Assembly: GCA_963674755.2 (NCBI GenBank)
Contig: CAXXVS010000003.1
Location: 1,824,001 to 1,888,000, forward strand
Reading direction: 5' to 3'
Length of the DNA: 64,000 bases
Source of the DNA: Desulfobacterales bacterium
GTDB taxonomy: Bacteria > Desulfobacterota > Desulfobacteria > Desulfobacterales > UBA5852
The translations under genes were made by a program, and so were the position numbers. Positions 10,034 to 19,352 of the stretch are shown in pieces (positions within the stretch are counted from its first letter, which is position 1; each line of letters begins with the position of its first letter). Under the pieces are notes generated by a model that made no database searches, had not been told where the DNA came from, and was given only the letters and a program-made list of their open reading frames with translations.

Positions 10034-11344
10034 ATGGAAAATGAAAATGTATGCTATGCCCAGTCCCGCAAGGAAGTTGCCCTCTTCTGGACGACATTGG
10101 CCTTTTTTGGCGGGTTCGCAGGTGTGTCGGCCTTCGGTCCGATCGTCGCCAAACTAAAGGATACTATGGCCCTAAGCCCCCTCCTCATGGGCCTGCTGGC
10201 GGCCTGCCCGGCTCTGAGCGGTTCCCTCCTGCGCATACCCTTCGGCGCCATGGTGGATCGCATGGGCGGCAAAAAGCCGATCCTCATCCTTCTGGGCCTG
10301 GCGGCCTGCGGCATCGCCGGGATCATGACGATGTTTTATCTCCACCCCGAACCCCAGTCCGGGCACTACCTGTTGTTTGCCCTTTTCGGCGTCCTATGCG
10401 GTTCCGGCATCGCGGTTTTTTCAGTGGGCATCCCCACGGTTTCCTATTGGTATCCGCAGAAAAAACAGGGTTCGGCGCTGGCGATCTACGCCGGTTTGGG
10501 AAACCTGGCCCCGGGAATGTTCGCCATGCTGCTGCCCTTTCTGGTGGTCACGATCGGTTTCACGGTCTCCTACATTCTTTGGCTGTCAATGCTGGCCGTT
10601 TTGCTGGCGCTTATAGGCATCTACATGAAGGATGCCCCGTATTTCCAGTACCGCCAGATGGGTATCGACATCGATCCGGATGCCTTGCTGTTCGCTTGCG
10701 GCGAGGAACTCGTTCCGTCGGGTACGGCTCTGCAGTCTTTAAAAACCGCCGGGGCGGATTGGCGCACCTGGATTTTGACCTATTTTTATTTCGTGACCTT
10801 CGGCGGCTTCATTGCCCTGACGGTCTGGTTTCCGACCTATTGGGCCGAGTATCACCACTATAGTCTGGTAATGGCTGGAGGACTCACGGCGCTCTATTCG
10901 CTGTCCGCCAGCCTGCTCAGAGTGCTCGGCGGCTATACGGCCGACCGTATAGGCGGAGAAAAGGTCACCCTGTATTCATTTGTTGTGGTGGCGGCCGGCG
11001 CTTTGCTGGTGGTTGTGGCGGCCCAGTCGGCTCTTGCGGCATTGGCCGGTGAGATGCTGCTGGCATTGGGCATGGGATTTGCCAATGCGGCCGTGTTCAA
11101 GCTCGTTCCGAAATACTCTCCCACAGCAGTTGGTGGCGCCGCAGGAATCGTGGGCGGGCTTGGTGCTTTCGGCGGCTTTGTCGTACCACCCCTGATGGGT
11201 CTGTTCATCAAGTTCAGTGGTGCGCCGGGCTACGCACAAGGGTTTTTCGTCTTTTTGGTCCTTTCGGTCGTTGCGCTGCTGCTGTTTGGTGTCTTGTACC
11301 GGTTTTCAACATCCGGTTCAAAAGTAGCCCTGGTATCAGACTAA
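10034..11344 (+). CDS. narK: NarK-family nitrate/nitrite MFS transporter
   Basis: GSLLRIPFG, GLGN, FVTFGGFIA, GFANAAVFKLVP, GIVGGLGAFGGF; start placed at ATG 10034 after GGAGG. Confidence 0.9.
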   Translation: MENENVCYAQSRKEVALFWTTLAFFGGFAGVSAFGPIVAKLKDTMALSPLLMGLLAACPALSGSLLRIPFGAMVDRMGGKKPILILLGLAACGIAGIMTMFYLHPEPQSGHYLLFALFGVLCGSGIAVFSVGIPTVSYWYPQKKQGSALAIYAGLGNLAPGMFAMLLPFLVVTIGFTVSYILWLSMLAVLLALIGIYMKDAPYFQYRQMGIDIDPDALLFACGEELVPSGTALQSLKTAGADWRTWILTYFYFVTFGGFIALTVWFPTYWAEYHHYSLVMAGGLTALYSLSASLLRVLGGYTADRIGGEKVTLYSFVVVAAGALLVVVAAQSALAALAGEMLLALGMGFANAAVFKLVPKYSPTAVGGAAGIVGGLGAFGGFVVPPLMGLFIKFSGAPGYAQGFFVFLVLSVVALLLFGVLYRFSTSGSKVALVSD

Positions 11345-11412
11345 AGGCACCAGAAACCGTCGTCGGAAGGGAAGACGCGCTCTGCCCCTGACGGCTTCTT
11401 CAGGAGTAATTC

Positions 11413-12021
11413 ATGGTCAATGAACAAGATACGGCTTTGGTCTGTGGAAGGTCGATAGAAGAATGTTTTAGGATTATTGAACGATTTCACGGCTGGAAAG
11501 CGCCGGGGCTTGTCCTAGGCCTTTTCATGGTGGATCTGGCCCGCGAATTGATCGGCCCCGGAACGGAAGCCGACGCCATTGTGGAAACCCGTCATTGCCT
11601 GCCGGACGCTATTCAGCTCTTCACGCCGTGTACCATCGGCAACGGCTGGATGAAGATTCTGGATTGGGACAAGTTTGCCTTGAGCCTGTATGATCGAAAG
11701 ACCCGGAAAGGATTTCGGGTGTGGGTCGACCTGGAGAAAATGCGGCGATTCCCGCAATTGTACAAATGGTATATGCGCCTGATTCACAAAAAAGACCTCC
11801 CCCTCGATGTCTTGTTGGGCGTTGTTTTAGAGGCAGGGCCGCATGTCCTATCGTCGAACGCCATTACCATGACCCGGTTTCATGAGCGACTAAAGAAAAC
11901 GGATATCAACGTATGCCCGGTCTGCAACGAAGCTTTTGCCGCAGCCCAGGGTCCGGTTTGCCTGGCATGCAAAGGACGCGGCTATTACGAAGCCGCCGAC
12001 ACCATGGTGGTTGCCAAATAA
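11413..12021 (+). CDS. FmdE-family protein with C-terminal Zn ribbon
   Basis: FHGWKAPG, VETRHCLPDAIQ, CTIGNG, WDKFA, CPVC..CLAC. Confidence 0.85.
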   Translation: MVNEQDTALVCGRSIEECFRIIERFHGWKAPGLVLGLFMVDLARELIGPGTEADAIVETRHCLPDAIQLFTPCTIGNGWMKILDWDKFALSLYDRKTRKGFRVWVDLEKMRRFPQLYKWYMRLIHKKDLPLDVLLGVVLEAGPHVLSSNAITMTRFHERLKKTDINVCPVCNEAFAAAQGPVCLACKGRGYYEAADTMVVAK

Positions 12022-12063
12022 TAACCTGCGTGGGGCAAAAAGAAATGTAAAAGACCGTTAAGA

Positions 12064-12423
12064 TTGAAGATGCGGCCGGGCTTCTCCATTCGGGAAGACG
12101 GCGGAGTTATGCAAATGAGTCTCTGGTATGGAAAAAACCTTGGCGATGCCATGTTGGCAGGGGAGCATCTAGACCACATCCAAGACTTGTATGGGTCGAT
12201 TTATGGCAAGTTCAAGCGGCGCTCGAACGTGGCGGTATTCTATCGACATGAATCCGAAGGACGCCTTCATTGCGAGGTTTGGGTATACTTTTCTCCGGCC
12301 GCATTCGAATTGGCAAAGGCGGTCGCGGCCGAGCCGTGCCAGCAGCCGTCCATAAACAGCCTGGGTCTGTTGGTTGGACCGGAAAATTGCTGGACCGTTC
12401 TTTTCCACGGGCGCCGTGATTGA
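12064..12423 (+). CDS. Hypothetical protein (start uncertain)
   Basis: ORF co-oriented with the preceding genes, protein-like composition, no recognised motif. Confidence 0.5.
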   Translation: MKMRPGFSIREDGGVMQMSLWYGKNLGDAMLAGEHLDHIQDLYGSIYGKFKRRSNVAVFYRHESEGRLHCEVWVYFSPAAFELAKAVAAEPCQQPSINSLGLLVGPENCWTVLFHGRRD

Positions 12424-12467
12424 CGTCATAATCGTCTTTCCATCCATTGCTTGCGGTTGATCTTCCA

Positions 12468-13955
12468 TCATCGTGTGACCGCGGGCAAGGCTGCATCGAT
12501 CGGCAGGGACGCGACAGCTTCGAGCATGGCATCCATGGTTTGAAATCGCTCCCGCGGGTCGCGGCGGCATGCTTTGCAGATAAGGTCGGCCATGTCAGCG
12601 AGCAGATTCGCAATTGCTTCACGCGGATCCGCTATTTCCCGATCACAGTGTAGTTTCATCAAAAGAGACAGGTCATCCTCAGGAAAGGGACGACGACCCA
12701 CCACCATCTCGTAGGCCAGAATACCGAGGGAATAGATGACGGTTCGCTGATCAAGGGGATCGCCTTCGATTTGCTCAGGGGACATGTAGAACACGGCGCC
12801 ACCGAAGTCGGAATCCTCCGCTCCGATGCGGCAAGCTAGCCCAAAATCAAGGATTTTGAGGTAATCGCCGGCCAGCACGATCACGTTGGTGGCATTGATA
12901 TCCCGGTGAATGATGCCATGGGCGTGAGCATACCGAAGGCCGCAGCAGATTTCGTGAAGATAGCGGGCAGCCAGGCCGGGCGAAAATCGACGATACCTTT
13001 TTAGCCGTGTTTATAGCGCTTCGCCTTCCAGGTATTCCGTCACGAGAAAAAGGGTACGGAATTTTTCTTCGACGTCGTATAGTTTTATAATATTAGGATG
13101 CTCAAGGTCGGCCATAATCCTCCCCTCATTGCGAAAACTCCGGATAAAGTCAGAGTTCATGGCCATGTCATGGCGCAACATCTTGATCGCCACGGGTGTC
13201 CCTTGGTCGGCATGAACGCCTTTGTAGACATTACTGTAACCGCCCCTGCCGACAATATCGGTGGCGATATAATGACCGATCGTTCGTTCGGCCACCGGGC
13301 GCCGGGAATCGAAGCGATCCGCCACGAGCTCGGTCAAGAAATCGCGCACATCAGGATCCACTTGGAATAGTGCGCGCAAGTTCTTGTGGGTCAAACACCA
13401 CACACGCATATCGGTTTCCGCCTCGGCATGCGCGCGGCGGGGTTCGCCTGTCAAAACCGATGTCATCCTCACGATATCGCCCTCGCCGCGATGGTCGATG
13501 GGGTGGAATTGGTTGTTTTTTTCAACGATCAGCAGACTGGTGCCATGTTGGATGATGAAGGCTTCATCCGCAGGTTCCCCCTGGCTGAAGAGGCGTTCTC
13601 CGGCAGCAATCTCACGAGTGGTCATATCTTGAAACAAAGGGATATCTGCATTGCTGAACGCCAGACGTATGAATTTGGTCCGAAGGTTGGCCGTGCCTTC
13701 TTCCGCCCGCACCCTATGGTAAAAAGTGCATTTGAGGCATGACGCCCGCTTTTGCGCAAAGGTGCCTTGGATTCCCCCCTCACAGAAGGTACCCGCCACG
13801 GCCCAGCAGAAGCGCCCGCCGCAAGTGCCGAAGTTGATGCCATCAAAGGTCCTATCGCTGGCCGCCGGGCACACACCGTGTTCGGCCACCATGGGTCCTC
13901 CCGGCTGGCGGCCGCATTTTTTAATTTCCCAGCAATTGAGCTTATTCGTTCTCAT
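12468..13955 (-). pseudogene. Two-CW domain + cyclic-nucleotide-binding domain + Ser/Thr protein kinase, interrupted by one in-frame TAA
   Basis: CWEIKKC...CGGRFCWAVAGTFC, LFSQGEPAD..GEPRRA, GRGGYS, VAIK, HRDIN, DFG, YMSPEQ. ORFs 13011..14021 and 12468..12884 are in one frame, split only by TAA at 13011-13013; subdomain IX Asp reads Val (RTVIYSLG). Confidence 0.85.
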
Positions 13956-13965
13956 CCGGCAACTG

Positions 13966-14505
13966 TCATGTGAGGGCGATTTCTTCTGCCAAGTCCTGGT
14001 GTTTTCGTATAGAGGAGGCATCCGCTGTGGATATCCCGTGAAACTGCGTCATCAACATTTCTTTTTCCCTATTGGATAGTGTTTTTTCCACCATAGGGAA
14101 AAACAGGTGATCCTCCATATGGATGTGGTGGCGTAAAACCGTCGTATAGGCGGCCATGTTGCCCAGGATGGTAAGAGTGGCCATTTCATCCCCCTCGGCA
14201 TAGGCATCCAGGGCTTGCGCAATCTCGCGGATGTAGCCGCGGCACAGTTCGTGGCCATAGCGCAGGGCGCCCATATGCAGATCCAGACGTCCGGCTTCCT
14301 TCTGTGCCAGAAGACCGAACATCAGATATTCTTCTTTGAAATGGTGGAAGCGGTCGGCGAAATTTTGAAAAAATGCGATGGCTTTTTCCAGCAATTTGCG
14401 GGAGGGGTGCTTATCCTGCTCCATTGCAACCTGGACTTGGTCAAGGGACTTCAATACCTGGAGGATGACACCGTGTTCCGCGGTCAGGATCTTCGTTGCG
14501 AGCAT
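13966..14505 (-). CDS. Hemerythrin/HHE domain protein
   Basis: EHGVI, HHFKEEYLMF, HIHMEDHLFFP; GGGAGG RBS. Confidence 0.88.
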   Translation of the reverse strand: MLATKILTAEHGVILQVLKSLDQVQVAMEQDKHPSRKLLEKAIAFFQNFADRFHHFKEEYLMFGLLAQKEAGRLDLHMGALRYGHELCRGYIREIAQALDAYAEGDEMATLTILGNMAAYTTVLRHHIHMEDHLFFPMVEKTLSNREKEMLMTQFHGISTADASSIRKHQDLAEEIALT

Positions 14506-14588
14506 GATGGCCTCCCTGTGAATTTGTGGTTTAGCAAGCCTATATGCCGCCGCAAGTTTATTCTTATGGATATCAGCAGCAAAACGCT

Positions 14589-14602
14589 TTGACCTATGTC
14601 AA
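14589..14602. promoter_or_regulatory. FNR/Dnr-type palindrome in the divergent hemerythrin / regulator promoter
   Basis: TTGACCTATGTCAA, perfect TTGAC-N4-GTCAA. Confidence 0.75.
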
Positions 14603-14675
14603 TCCATCATATAAGTGTGAGATATCAAATATCGGCAAACTGCCTTCTCTCCTACTTTTTCAACACAGGAACCTG

Positions 14676-15371
14676 ATGCCACGCCATCTTTCATCGCTGA
14701 ATGCACTCCAGAAATCCGATGTGTTCAAAGGCATGAATGAACAGCAATACGAAGATGTCATCCGCCGCGGCCATCGAAAAACAGTCGGGAAGGATAGCGT
14801 CTTGTTTCACCAGGGTGATCCGGCCACCCATTGCTATTTGGTGAATCGCAACCGACTGAAGCTGACTAAACTCAATGAGCAGGGTAAAGAGGTGATCATC
14901 CGTTATATTGGTGCCGGAGAATTAACCGCGGCAGCTGCCGTGATCAAAGACGGCCTGTATCCGGTAACGGCCTCCTCCATTGACGAAACGGAAGTGGTTG
15001 CCTGGGACAAAATCACTATGATGGAAATGATGCACCACTTCCCCGCTATCGCCATCAATCTGCTTGGAATTATCCTCGCCCGTATCGACGACGTTCAACA
15101 GCGCTATCTCGAAGTCTGCACCGAGCAGGTGGACCAGCGCATCGCGCGCTCCCTGCTCAGGCTGATGCGTTCGGCCGGCTCGAAAAGTCAAAACGGCATC
15201 CTGATTGAAATCCCCCTGAGCCGCCAGAATATCGCCGACTATACCGGCACCACGTTGTATACGGTCAGCCGTACACTGAGCGCCTGGGAGAAGAAGGGTT
15301 GGATCCAGTCCGGCCGTGAACGGATTGTCGTAACGGACCCCCATGCCCTGGTCGCGTTTGCCGAGGGGTAA
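14676..15371 (+). CDS. Crp/Fnr-family transcriptional regulator, NnrR-like
   Basis: cNMP-like domain (LFHQGDPA) and HTH LSRQNIADYTGTTLYTVSRTLSAWEK; no FNR cysteine cluster; start at ATG 14676 after AGGA. Confidence 0.88.
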   Translation: MPRHLSSLNALQKSDVFKGMNEQQYEDVIRRGHRKTVGKDSVLFHQGDPATHCYLVNRNRLKLTKLNEQGKEVIIRYIGAGELTAAAAVIKDGLYPVTASSIDETEVVAWDKITMMEMMHHFPAIAINLLGIILARIDDVQQRYLEVCTEQVDQRIARSLLRLMRSAGSKSQNGILIEIPLSRQNIADYTGTTLYTVSRTLSAWEKKGWIQSGRERIVVTDPHALVAFAEG

Positions 15372-15430
15372 ACACACCGCACCTGCCTTCCCTTTTCTAA
15401 ATTTTCCACTTCCCAAAAAAATGTGCCTTG

Positions 15431-15446
15431 TTTGCGCCAGCGCAAA
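15431..15446. promoter_or_regulatory. NnrR-type binding site upstream of the DUF1858...hcp gene run
   Basis: TTTGCG-CCAG-CGCAAA perfect palindrome matching the TTGCG-N4-CGCAA NnrR consensus. Confidence 0.7.
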
Positions 15447-15556
15447 GACAAGGCCATGATTTCTCGTTAAGGTAGCGCCAAAATGACCCACGAACTCAAT
15501 GCCGAGGTTTGGTCGGTGTTCGAATCGGCCGGCAATCGGATGGGGAATTCCCAAAA

Positions 15557-15799
15557 ATGAAAACGGTGATCAACGAAACCATGACGGTAAAGGAACTGTT
15601 GGACGATCACCCGCATTTGTTGCAAAGGTTTATCGACTTGAAACTGATGTGTGCGGGCTGTCCTGCCGATGCCTTCCATAGCCTGGCAGACGTGGCCAAG
15701 GAATATGGTCTCGATCAGCGCCAGTTTCTTGCCGACCTCCAAAAGACCATCGGGTTGGCTGGCGAGCATCACCACAACGACGGTGGCTCCAACGCGTAA
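15557..15799 (+). CDS. DUF1858 / hybrid-cluster-protein-associated redox disulfide domain protein
   Basis: INETMTVKELLDDHP..MCAGCP..HSLADVAKEYGLD. Confidence 0.8.
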   Translation: MKTVINETMTVKELLDDHPHLLQRFIDLKLMCAGCPADAFHSLADVAKEYGLDQRQFLADLQKTIGLAGEHHHNDGGSNA

Positions 15800-15818
15800 A
15801 CAACGAAAGAATAGTCTT

Positions 15819-16844
15819 ATGAATCTTCGAATCCCTGGCAACCTTCTTACCACCGCAATGGCGGTAATGCCGCACACTGATGTGGAACGGGCGCTTGAAA
15901 CGGCGCTTTCGCTGGATGTCCCGTTCTGGCCCCAGCTCCCCAATTACAGCTATTACGAAGACATGTACGTGCAGGCTGCCGAGCACTTTCCAGGCATCGT
16001 TCTCGACCTGGAGAAGCGCACACTACGCTTTTCCATGGAAAAGTTTACCGATGAACTGGAAGAGGCTTTGCTGCATTTCGACGATCCTGACTACTTTGAC
16101 GTCAGCGAGACCTATTCCGCTGTCTACCACCGTTTTTTGGCAATGAACTTGAGCGACAGACCCGCCATCCGGGGGCAGCTGGAAGGCCCAATCAGTTTCG
16201 GCTTCAATGTCCTGGACCAGGACGAACGGCCGATCCTCTTCGACGATACCGTGCGGCCTTTCATGCTTGATTTCATGGCCAGACGCCTCAACGTGCAGCT
16301 CGCCCGATTGCGGCAGAAAAACCCCAACGCCTTCATGTTCGTTGACGAGCCGGGCCTGCAATTCCTCTTTTCGGCCATGGCCGGCTATGGGGACCTGAAG
16401 GCCAAAGGCGATCTTGATGAATTTTTCGCCCAGGTCGACCGACCCCGGGGCATCCACCTCTGCGGCAATCCAGATTGGGATTTTCTGCTCAACCTGGACC
16501 TCGACGTGCTCTCCCTGGATCTCTACACCAATGCCGAAATTTTCGCCTCCTATGCCAAGTCCATCGGACGGTTTCTCGACCGCGGCGGGGTCATTGTCTG
16601 GGGCATCGTGCCCACTGGGTTCGAACCCTTTGCCAAGGAGGAGGTGCCAACCTTGATCGTGCGCCTTGAAAGCGTCTGGAGCATCCTGTGGGCCAAGGGC
16701 ATCGACCGGGAGCGGCTGATCGCCCAGAGCATGCTTTCCCCCGCCACCTGCTGCCTGGTCAACCCGGACAAGGAACGGACGGTGGAACGCGCTTTTGAAG
16801 CTGTTCGGCGCATGGGCGGACAACTTCGGGACAAGTATTTGTGA
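15819..16844 (+). CDS. MetE-core-like / URO-D superfamily protein (resembles MesB-type folate-independent methionine synthase)
   Basis: PFWPQLP, EDMYVQ, GQLEGPISFG, FVDEP, GIHLCGNPDW, WGIVPT, LSPATCC. Confidence 0.65.
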   Translation: MNLRIPGNLLTTAMAVMPHTDVERALETALSLDVPFWPQLPNYSYYEDMYVQAAEHFPGIVLDLEKRTLRFSMEKFTDELEEALLHFDDPDYFDVSETYSAVYHRFLAMNLSDRPAIRGQLEGPISFGFNVLDQDERPILFDDTVRPFMLDFMARRLNVQLARLRQKNPNAFMFVDEPGLQFLFSAMAGYGDLKAKGDLDEFFAQVDRPRGIHLCGNPDWDFLLNLDLDVLSLDLYTNAEIFASYAKSIGRFLDRGGVIVWGIVPTGFEPFAKEEVPTLIVRLESVWSILWAKGIDRERLIAQSMLSPATCCLVNPDKERTVERAFEAVRRMGGQLRDKYL

Positions 16845-16924
16845 TCTGATTGGCCGTCATCAAAAGACCGCATGGAGGATGTGACGGCCCCCTGGTCCCA
16901 ACATACAAACATGGAGAATACCAT

Positions 16925-17530
16925 ATGAATGCAGCCAACCTTCGCGAATGCACCCCTGTCGAAATTTCCGATGAGGACGTCATGGCCGCCATGAAGGCCA
17001 TGCGGGGATATATCGACATCACCCCGGCCGATTTCCGGGAGGTCTACCGCGTGGCCTATGCCCTGGCCCAGGAACGGATGATGTCGGCATTTAAGGCCGC
17101 CGACATCATGAGCACGCCCGTGCACACTGTCCACGTTGACAACGATTTGATCAGCACGGCCGCCCTGCTGGCTGAAAAGGGCATCGCGGGGGTCCCGGTA
17201 ACGGATCCGGAGGGGTGCGTGGTCGGCGTGATCTCCGAAAAGGATTTCTTGCGCCGCATGGGCGCCGGCCCAAATGGATCCTTCATGCAGGTCGTGGCCC
17301 ACTGCCTCACCAATAAGGGGTGTGTGGCCACCCCCATGAAGAACCGTACGACCGGCGATATCATGACCGCACCGCCGATTACGGCCGGGGTCGACATCAC
17401 CATCGGGGCCATCTCCGCCCTCCTCATGGAAAAGAACATCAACCGACTTCCGATCGTGGATGCAGACGGCAAGCCCGTAGGAATCGTTACCCGCTCGGAC
17501 TTGGTCAACTCATTTTGTATGCTGGGATAA
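16925..17530 (+). CDS. CBS-pair domain protein
   Basis: YIDITPADF N-terminus, two CBS repeats (AADIMSTPV, GVISEKDF, GIVTRSDL); GGAG RBS. Confidence 0.88.
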   Translation: MNAANLRECTPVEISDEDVMAAMKAMRGYIDITPADFREVYRVAYALAQERMMSAFKAADIMSTPVHTVHVDNDLISTAALLAEKGIAGVPVTDPEGCVVGVISEKDFLRRMGAGPNGSFMQVVAHCLTNKGCVATPMKNRTTGDIMTAPPITAGVDITIGAISALLMEKNINRLPIVDADGKPVGIVTRSDLVNSFCMLG

Positions 17531-17542
17531 ACGGGAGCCGCT

Positions 17543-18079
17543 ATGAACTACTTCAAGAAGATGAAAGGGCATACCCAGAGTCCGCCCCGGGTGGGCCTGA
17601 TTGAAATCCTCTGGTCCTGGCTGGGGAGTTTTCTGGGCATCGCCCTCGTCAGCCTGATCCACTACAAGCTGGTGGATCAGACCGCCCTTATCATGATCAT
17701 CGGCTCCTTCGGAGCCTCTGCCGTATTGATCTACGGCGCCATCCGCAGCCCGCTGGCCCAGCCACGCAACTTGATCGGCGGCCACGTGCTCTCGGCCCTG
17801 ATCGGGGTGACGGCCTTCCAGCTTCTGGATGGGCAGCTGTGGCTGGCCTCGGCCCTTGCGGTTTCCACGGCCATTGCCCTGATGCACCTCACCAAAACCC
17901 TGCATCCACCCGGCGGCGCCACCGCACTGATCGCGGTGATCGGTGGCGAAAGCGTCCACCGGTTGGGCTATCTCTATGCCATCGTACCCGCCGGCCTGGG
18001 GGCTCTGGTCATGCTGATCGTCGCCCTGGCGGTCAACAACATGGCCCCCGACCGGCGCTACCCCGAATTCTGGCTGTAA
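17543..18079 (+). CDS. HPP-family membrane protein
   Basis: GSFGASAVLIYG..SPLAQPRN, TLHPPGGATAL. Confidence 0.93.
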   Translation: MNYFKKMKGHTQSPPRVGLIEILWSWLGSFLGIALVSLIHYKLVDQTALIMIIGSFGASAVLIYGAIRSPLAQPRNLIGGHVLSALIGVTAFQLLDGQLWLASALAVSTAIALMHLTKTLHPPGGATALIAVIGGESVHRLGYLYAIVPAGLGALVMLIVALAVNNMAPDRRYPEFWL

Positions 18080-18113
18080 GCAAGAGAACTCATCGATGAA
18101 AGGAGAAGGCTTC

Positions 18114-19292
18114 ATGCAAAAACGGAAAATTCTTGACGATATCTACTGGCTGGGAGCGATCGATTGGGACCGGCGGCTGTTCGATTCCCTCATACCGCTC
18201 CCGGACGGCACGAGCTACAATGCCTATCTCGTAAAAGGCAGCGCGAAGACAGCGCTGCTGGATACCGTCGACCCGCCCATGGCCGACGAATTGCTGGTCC
18301 AACTCGCCGATGTGGACAAGATCGATTTCATCGTCTCCCACCATGCAGAACAGGATCACTCCGGCGCCATCCCGCGTGTGCTGGAGCGTTTTCCAGAGGC
18401 CAAGGTGGTCACCACCCCCAAGGCCAAGGGCATGCTTATGGATCTTCTGACCATTCCCGAAACGGCCTTTGTCACCGTCGCGGACGGCGACACCCTGTCC
18501 CTTGGCGACAAGACCCTGACCTTCATCCATACACCCTGGGTGCACTGGCCGGAAACCATGGTGACCTATCTGTCTGAGAATAAGACGCTCTTCAGCTGCG
18601 ATTTTTACGGCTCGCATATCGCCACGAGTGATCTTTTCGCCACCGACCAGGGCCGGGTGTATGAAGCGGCCAAGCGTTATTTTGCCGAAATTATGATGCC
18701 GTTCCGAAGCATCATCGCCAAGAACATGTCCAAACTCGAAGCGTACGACATTCAAATCATCGCCCCGAGCCATGGGCAGATTTACGATCGCCCGGCCTGG
18801 ATCATGGAGGCCTATCAGGATTGGGTCAACGGCACACCTCACAACACGGTCGTGTTGCCTTTCGTGTCCATGCACGGCAGCACACGTCAACTGGTTGATT
18901 ATCTAACGAGTGCTCTTGTGGGGCAAGGTGTGCGAGTTGAGCTCTTCAACCTGGCGGTTACTGACATCGGCAAACTTGCAATGGCGCTGGTCGATGCCGG
19001 AACGATCGTCGTCGGCGTCCCTACAGTACTCTCAGGTCCTCATCCCCTGGCGGCCTACGCAACGCTTTTGGCCAATGCCCTGAAGCCCAAGACGCGCTTT
19101 CTCTCCATCATCGGCTCTTATGGCTGGGGTGGCAAAACCGTGGAAACTCTGGCTGGGATGATTCCCAATCTGAAAGTCGAGGTGCTGGAGCCGGTATTGT
19201 GCAAGGGTGTTCCATCACAAGCCGACTTTGAGGCCTTGGAGCGCTTGGCCGGTATGATCGCACAGAAGCACAAGGAAAGCAGCTTTGCATAG
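18114..19292 (+). CDS. fprA: Flavodiiron protein (FprA/A-type flavoprotein; NO/O2 reductase)
   Basis: GTSYNAYL, HHAEQDHSG, HWPE, PSHG, flavodoxin SMHGST and GSYGWGG; alternative start 18096. Confidence 0.92.
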   Translation: MQKRKILDDIYWLGAIDWDRRLFDSLIPLPDGTSYNAYLVKGSAKTALLDTVDPPMADELLVQLADVDKIDFIVSHHAEQDHSGAIPRVLERFPEAKVVTTPKAKGMLMDLLTIPETAFVTVADGDTLSLGDKTLTFIHTPWVHWPETMVTYLSENKTLFSCDFYGSHIATSDLFATDQGRVYEAAKRYFAEIMMPFRSIIAKNMSKLEAYDIQIIAPSHGQIYDRPAWIMEAYQDWVNGTPHNTVVLPFVSMHGSTRQLVDYLTSALVGQGVRVELFNLAVTDIGKLAMALVDAGTIVVGVPTVLSGPHPLAAYATLLANALKPKTRFLSIIGSYGWGGKTVETLAGMIPNLKVEVLEPVLCKGVPSQADFEALERLAGMIAQKHKESSFA

Positions 19293-19352
19293 GGAAGGTC
19301 AATTTTTGTCACAGGATAACGGCAACATTCAAAACGAAAAGGAGAAAATGCC

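Noticed and set aside
13011..13013. In-frame stop in the kinase as selenocysteine/pyrrolysine recoding
   Set aside because: The codon is TAA, not TGA or TAG, at a non-catalytic position, and a second damaging substitution is present
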